Below are positions 60,227 to 64,000 of a stretch of DNA of 64,000 bases, piece by piece. The notes under the pieces are model-generated. The model saw only the letters and a list, made by a program, of their open reading frames with translations, made no database searches and had not been told where the DNA came from. The DNA is from Thermodesulfobacteriota bacterium (lineage in GTDB: Bacteria > Desulfobacterota_D > UBA1144 > Nemesobacterales > Nemesobacteraceae): contig OZ241855.1 in the NCBI GenBank assembly GCA_965202785.1, positions 1,344,001 through 1,408,000 of the forward strand, given 5' to 3'. The position numbers and the translations under genes are program-made. Position 1 is the first letter of the stretch; each line of letters opens with the position of its first letter.

Positions 60227-61612
60227 ATGTCTCTGGCCGTTATAATCCTGGCGGCGGGCAAGGGAGTCCGCATGAATTCGCAACTCCCCAAGGTGCTGCA
60301 CCCCATCCTGAAAAAACCCATGCTGCGCTATGTCCTTGAAACGGCGCAGAAGATGGAGCCTGAGAAAATAGTGCTTGTCCTGGGACGTGACTCGGAGCTC
60401 GTGAAGGGAGAGATCTCGGATTACCCGGTGGAGACGGTCATCCAGGAACCGCAGCTTGGAACCGGGCACGCGGTTTTGTGTTGCGAAGATGCGTTTCAGG
60501 ATTTTTCGGGAGACATCCTTATACTAAGCGGAGATGTTCCCGCGATAAGTTTTTTTTCTCTGCGCGAGTTTACGGATTCTCACGCGAAAAACGGAGCGGA
60601 CCTCTCATTAATGTCCACTCTGGTGGAAGACCCCAGCGGATACGGGAGAGTATTGAGGAATGCCGACGGGGAAGTGCTTCGCGTTGTTGAGGACAAAGAC
60701 GCCACGGCGGACGAGAAGAAGGAAAATGAGATAAATGCAGGTATTTACTGCGTAAATTCCTCCTTTCTCTGGGAGAGCTTGGGCGGACTTGATAGTGAAA
60801 ACAGCCAGGGAGAGTATTACCTGCCAGGAATTGTGGATCTCTGCGTTTCCCGCAAACGCAGACTTTTGGCTTTTAGCTTGGCGGATCCAAAGGAGGTGTC
60901 CGGAGTGAACAGCAGAGAGCAACTCGGCGAGGCGGAAAAAACCATTAGACAGGCAATAAACCGCCGCCACATGGAAAACGGGGTTACCATAGAGGATCCC
61001 GAAACCACCTACATATCAGACTCTGTAAGCATAGGAAGGGATACAACCGTGTGTCCTAATACCTATATTTACGGCGAAACCAGTATCGGCGATGGTTGTC
61101 GCATAGGGCCGTCTGTATACATTGAAGATTCACGTATAGGAAACAATGTCGAGATAAGGTTTTCCTCTTATCTTACGGGGTGTGAAGTCGAAAACGGTGT
61201 TGTGATGGGTCCTTTCTGTCATCTGCGGCCCGAAGCCAGGATAAAAGACGGGGCCAAGATCGGCAACTTCGTTGAGATAAAGAAATCGGAAATAGGGGTT
61301 GGTTCCAAGGTCCCGCATCTTTCCTACGTGGGAGATGCTGATATCGGCGACGGAGTTAATATCGGTGCCGGAACCATCACCTGCAACTACGACGGGGTAA
61401 ACAAGCACAGGACCGTGGTCGAGGACCGCGCTTTCATAGGAAGCGACACCATGCTTGTCGCGCCGATCAGAATTGGAAAAGAAGCTACTACGGCCGCGGG
61501 CTCCACGATAACAAAAGATGTTTCCCCGGGGGCTCTGGCCATAGAACGCGCCGGGCAGAAAGAAATAACCGACTGGCCGAAGAGAAAAACGGTGAAGAAG
61601 GAGAAATCCTGA
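60227..61612 (+). CDS. glmU: Bifunctional GlmU
   Basis: ILAAGKGVRM, QLGTGHAV, GNFVEIK, HLSYVGD, GTITCNYDG. Confidence 0.97.
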   Translation: MSLAVIILAAGKGVRMNSQLPKVLHPILKKPMLRYVLETAQKMEPEKIVLVLGRDSELVKGEISDYPVETVIQEPQLGTGHAVLCCEDAFQDFSGDILILSGDVPAISFFSLREFTDSHAKNGADLSLMSTLVEDPSGYGRVLRNADGEVLRVVEDKDATADEKKENEINAGIYCVNSSFLWESLGGLDSENSQGEYYLPGIVDLCVSRKRRLLAFSLADPKEVSGVNSREQLGEAEKTIRQAINRRHMENGVTIEDPETTYISDSVSIGRDTTVCPNTYIYGETSIGDGCRIGPSVYIEDSRIGNNVEIRFSSYLTGCEVENGVVMGPFCHLRPEARIKDGAKIGNFVEIKKSEIGVGSKVPHLSYVGDADIGDGVNIGAGTITCNYDGVNKHRTVVEDRAFIGSDTMLVAPIRIGKEATTAAGSTITKDVSPGALAIERAGQKEITDWPKRKTVKKEKS

Positions 61613-61613
61613 A

Positions 61614-63443
61614 ATGTGCGGAATAGTAGCATATGTGGGAAGTTCGGATAGAACCAAAAGAGTTCTCTGCGAAAGCTTGGGGAGATTAGAGTACAGGGGT
61701 TACGATTCTTCCGGGATATGTTTTGTCGAAAACGGCCGCTCCCGCGTCGTAAGAAGCGAGGGAAAACTTGAAAATCTTTTCACCAAGCTAAAGGACTGCG
61801 AGGTAACCTCTTCGCTCGGCATCGCTCACACCAGATGGGCCACCCACGGCGATCCCTCGGAGCGAAACGCCCACCCTCAGGTATCCGGTCCGATAAGCGT
61901 AGTGCATAACGGAATAGTGGAGAACTACCCCGAGCTTAAGGAGGAACTTGTTGCCGCAGGTTATGAATTCTGCTCCGATACCGACACCGAAGTCATCTCC
62001 CATCTGATCCGCGATTTTACGGAAAAAGGAAACTCTCTTCTTGAATCAACGAGAAAGGCCTTTGAGAAAATAGAAGGCTCTTACGCTGTGGCGGTCATGT
62101 CGGATACAGAGCCCGGGAAGATAATCGCCACCAGGCGTTTCTCTCCTCTTATAATAGCGCGCAACGGAAACGAATGTTTCCTGGCTTCGGACATCCCTGC
62201 GATTTTGCCCTACACGAGGGAATTTATTTTCCTTGAGGATAACGATTTTGTGGTTCTGGACGAAAACGGCGTTTCCATAACCGACGCCGCCGGCAATGAC
62301 GTTAGCAGAGACCCGACGGTTGTGGACTGGGACCCTTCGGTAACCGAGAAGTCAGGATATCGCCATTACATGCTGAAGGAAATTTTCGAACAGCCTGCGG
62401 CCATTTTCGATACGCTTCGGGGGAAATTCACGGCGGACATGAGGAAAGTGGTTTTTGAGGACTTGGATCCTGCGCTTTTGCGAAACACGCAGAGAATCAT
62501 TATCGCGGCCTGCGGCACTTCCTACCACGCTTCCCTTATAGGGAAGTACATGATAGAGGAGGTGGCCGGAGTGAATACCCAGGTGGAGCTTGCATCGGAG
62601 TTTCGACACAGAAATCCGGTCGTTGGTACCGACACCCTTTTTATCGCGGTTTCTCAGTCGGGTGAGACCGCGGACACCTCGGAAGCACTTCTAAAGGCCA
62701 AGGAGCTCGGTATGAACTCAATCGGAATAACGAACGTTGCGCTGAGCAAAATCTCAAGAGAGTCTGACTGTGTCATAGCTACAAAGGCGGGACCTGAGAT
62801 CGGGGTTGCCTCTACAAAGTCTTTCACGACGCAGGTAATGGCGTTCTACCTTCTTTCCGTATATCTCGCGATCTTAAGGAAGGCGGTTGATTCAAAAAGG
62901 GCGAGGCAACTGATAGCCGATGCCATATCGGTTTCAAAACTCCAGCAGGAATCTCTTGGACTCGATGAACGTCTCAGAGAGCTTTCAAGAGATTTTTACG
63001 GTTACAGGAATTTTATATATCTGGGCCGGGGAATTAATTACCCCGTGGCTCTTGAGGGAGCGCTTAAGCTCAAAGAAATCTCATACATCCACGCCGAAGG
63101 CTATGCCGCCGGGGAGATGAAGCACGGTCCCATAGCTCTTATAGACAGGAACATGCCAGTTGTATTTATAGCTCCCGAGGAGGATATATATTACAAAAAG
63201 CTCCTTGGAAATTTTCAGGAGGTAAAGGCCAGGGGAGGGCGAATAATTTTCATAACGTCGGATAGAAAGCTTCAGCTTCCCGATGAAAGGGACAGGAAGA
63301 TAGTGATTCCGAAAAGTTCTTACCTTGTAAGCCCGATGGTATCGGTTATCCCCGTTCAGTTTATGGCTTACCACATAGCCAATATTCTGGGGACAGATGT
63401 TGATCAGCCGAGGAATCTGGCCAAGGTTGTCACGGTTGAATGA
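61614..63443 (+). CDS. glmS: Glutamine--fructose-6-phosphate aminotransferase
   Basis: MCGI, LEYRGYDS, HTRWATHG, SQSGETAD, GEMKHGP, PRNLAK. Confidence 0.97.
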   Translation: MCGIVAYVGSSDRTKRVLCESLGRLEYRGYDSSGICFVENGRSRVVRSEGKLENLFTKLKDCEVTSSLGIAHTRWATHGDPSERNAHPQVSGPISVVHNGIVENYPELKEELVAAGYEFCSDTDTEVISHLIRDFTEKGNSLLESTRKAFEKIEGSYAVAVMSDTEPGKIIATRRFSPLIIARNGNECFLASDIPAILPYTREFIFLEDNDFVVLDENGVSITDAAGNDVSRDPTVVDWDPSVTEKSGYRHYMLKEIFEQPAAIFDTLRGKFTADMRKVVFEDLDPALLRNTQRIIIAACGTSYHASLIGKYMIEEVAGVNTQVELASEFRHRNPVVGTDTLFIAVSQSGETADTSEALLKAKELGMNSIGITNVALSKISRESDCVIATKAGPEIGVASTKSFTTQVMAFYLLSVYLAILRKAVDSKRARQLIADAISVSKLQQESLGLDERLRELSRDFYGYRNFIYLGRGINYPVALEGALKLKEISYIHAEGYAAGEMKHGPIALIDRNMPVVFIAPEEDIYYKKLLGNFQEVKARGGRIIFITSDRKLQLPDERDRKIVIPKSSYLVSPMVSVIPVQFMAYHIANILGTDVDQPRNLAKVVTVE

Positions 63444-63484
63444 TATCATGCCTTTGCTGGGCGCAATGATATTTTTGCATCTAA

Positions 63485-64000
<516 letters not shown>

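Noticed and set aside
61560-61613. glmS ribozyme
   Set aside because: glmS starts 1 nt after the glmU stop, leaving no leader.

Overview
Bacterial chromosomal backbone from a diderm organism. The rpoN-hpf-ptsN-hprK-rapZ-EIIA(Man) cluster and the N-terminally extended RecG suggest a deltaproteobacteria-like lineage such as Ca. Dadabacteria (inference, not searched). The window is densely coding, with about 55 CDS. Housekeeping genes include glnS, purU, leuCD, eno, topA, recG, sucAB, aspS, era, hisIE, rpoZ, ssb, glmU, glmS and partial purD, plus tRNA-Cys and tRNA-Leu. These are interrupted by apparently acquired single genes: a TonB-dependent receptor, an orphan peptide-binding lipoprotein, a tandem amt duplication, an alpha-carbonic anhydrase, traT, a photolyase, arsC with a deoxyribosyltransferase, and phoD. 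I saw no transposase, integrase, prophage or CRISPR array. Best candidates for undescribed biology: (1) two tandem 167-aa FmdB-type zinc-ribbon paralogs, each split by a ~75-aa insert; (2) tandem Amt paralogs in which copy 2 has gained His/Lys and lost acidic residues on the predicted periplasmic face, downstream of a sigma54-type promoter and a UAS-like palindrome; (3) a 66-aa, 41% acidic microprotein with its own promoter and an 11-bp-period direct-repeat operator; (4) an unknown protein in the ptsH slot of the rpoN operon; (5) an alpha-CA lacking a signal peptide. All functional calls come from motif recognition by eye.
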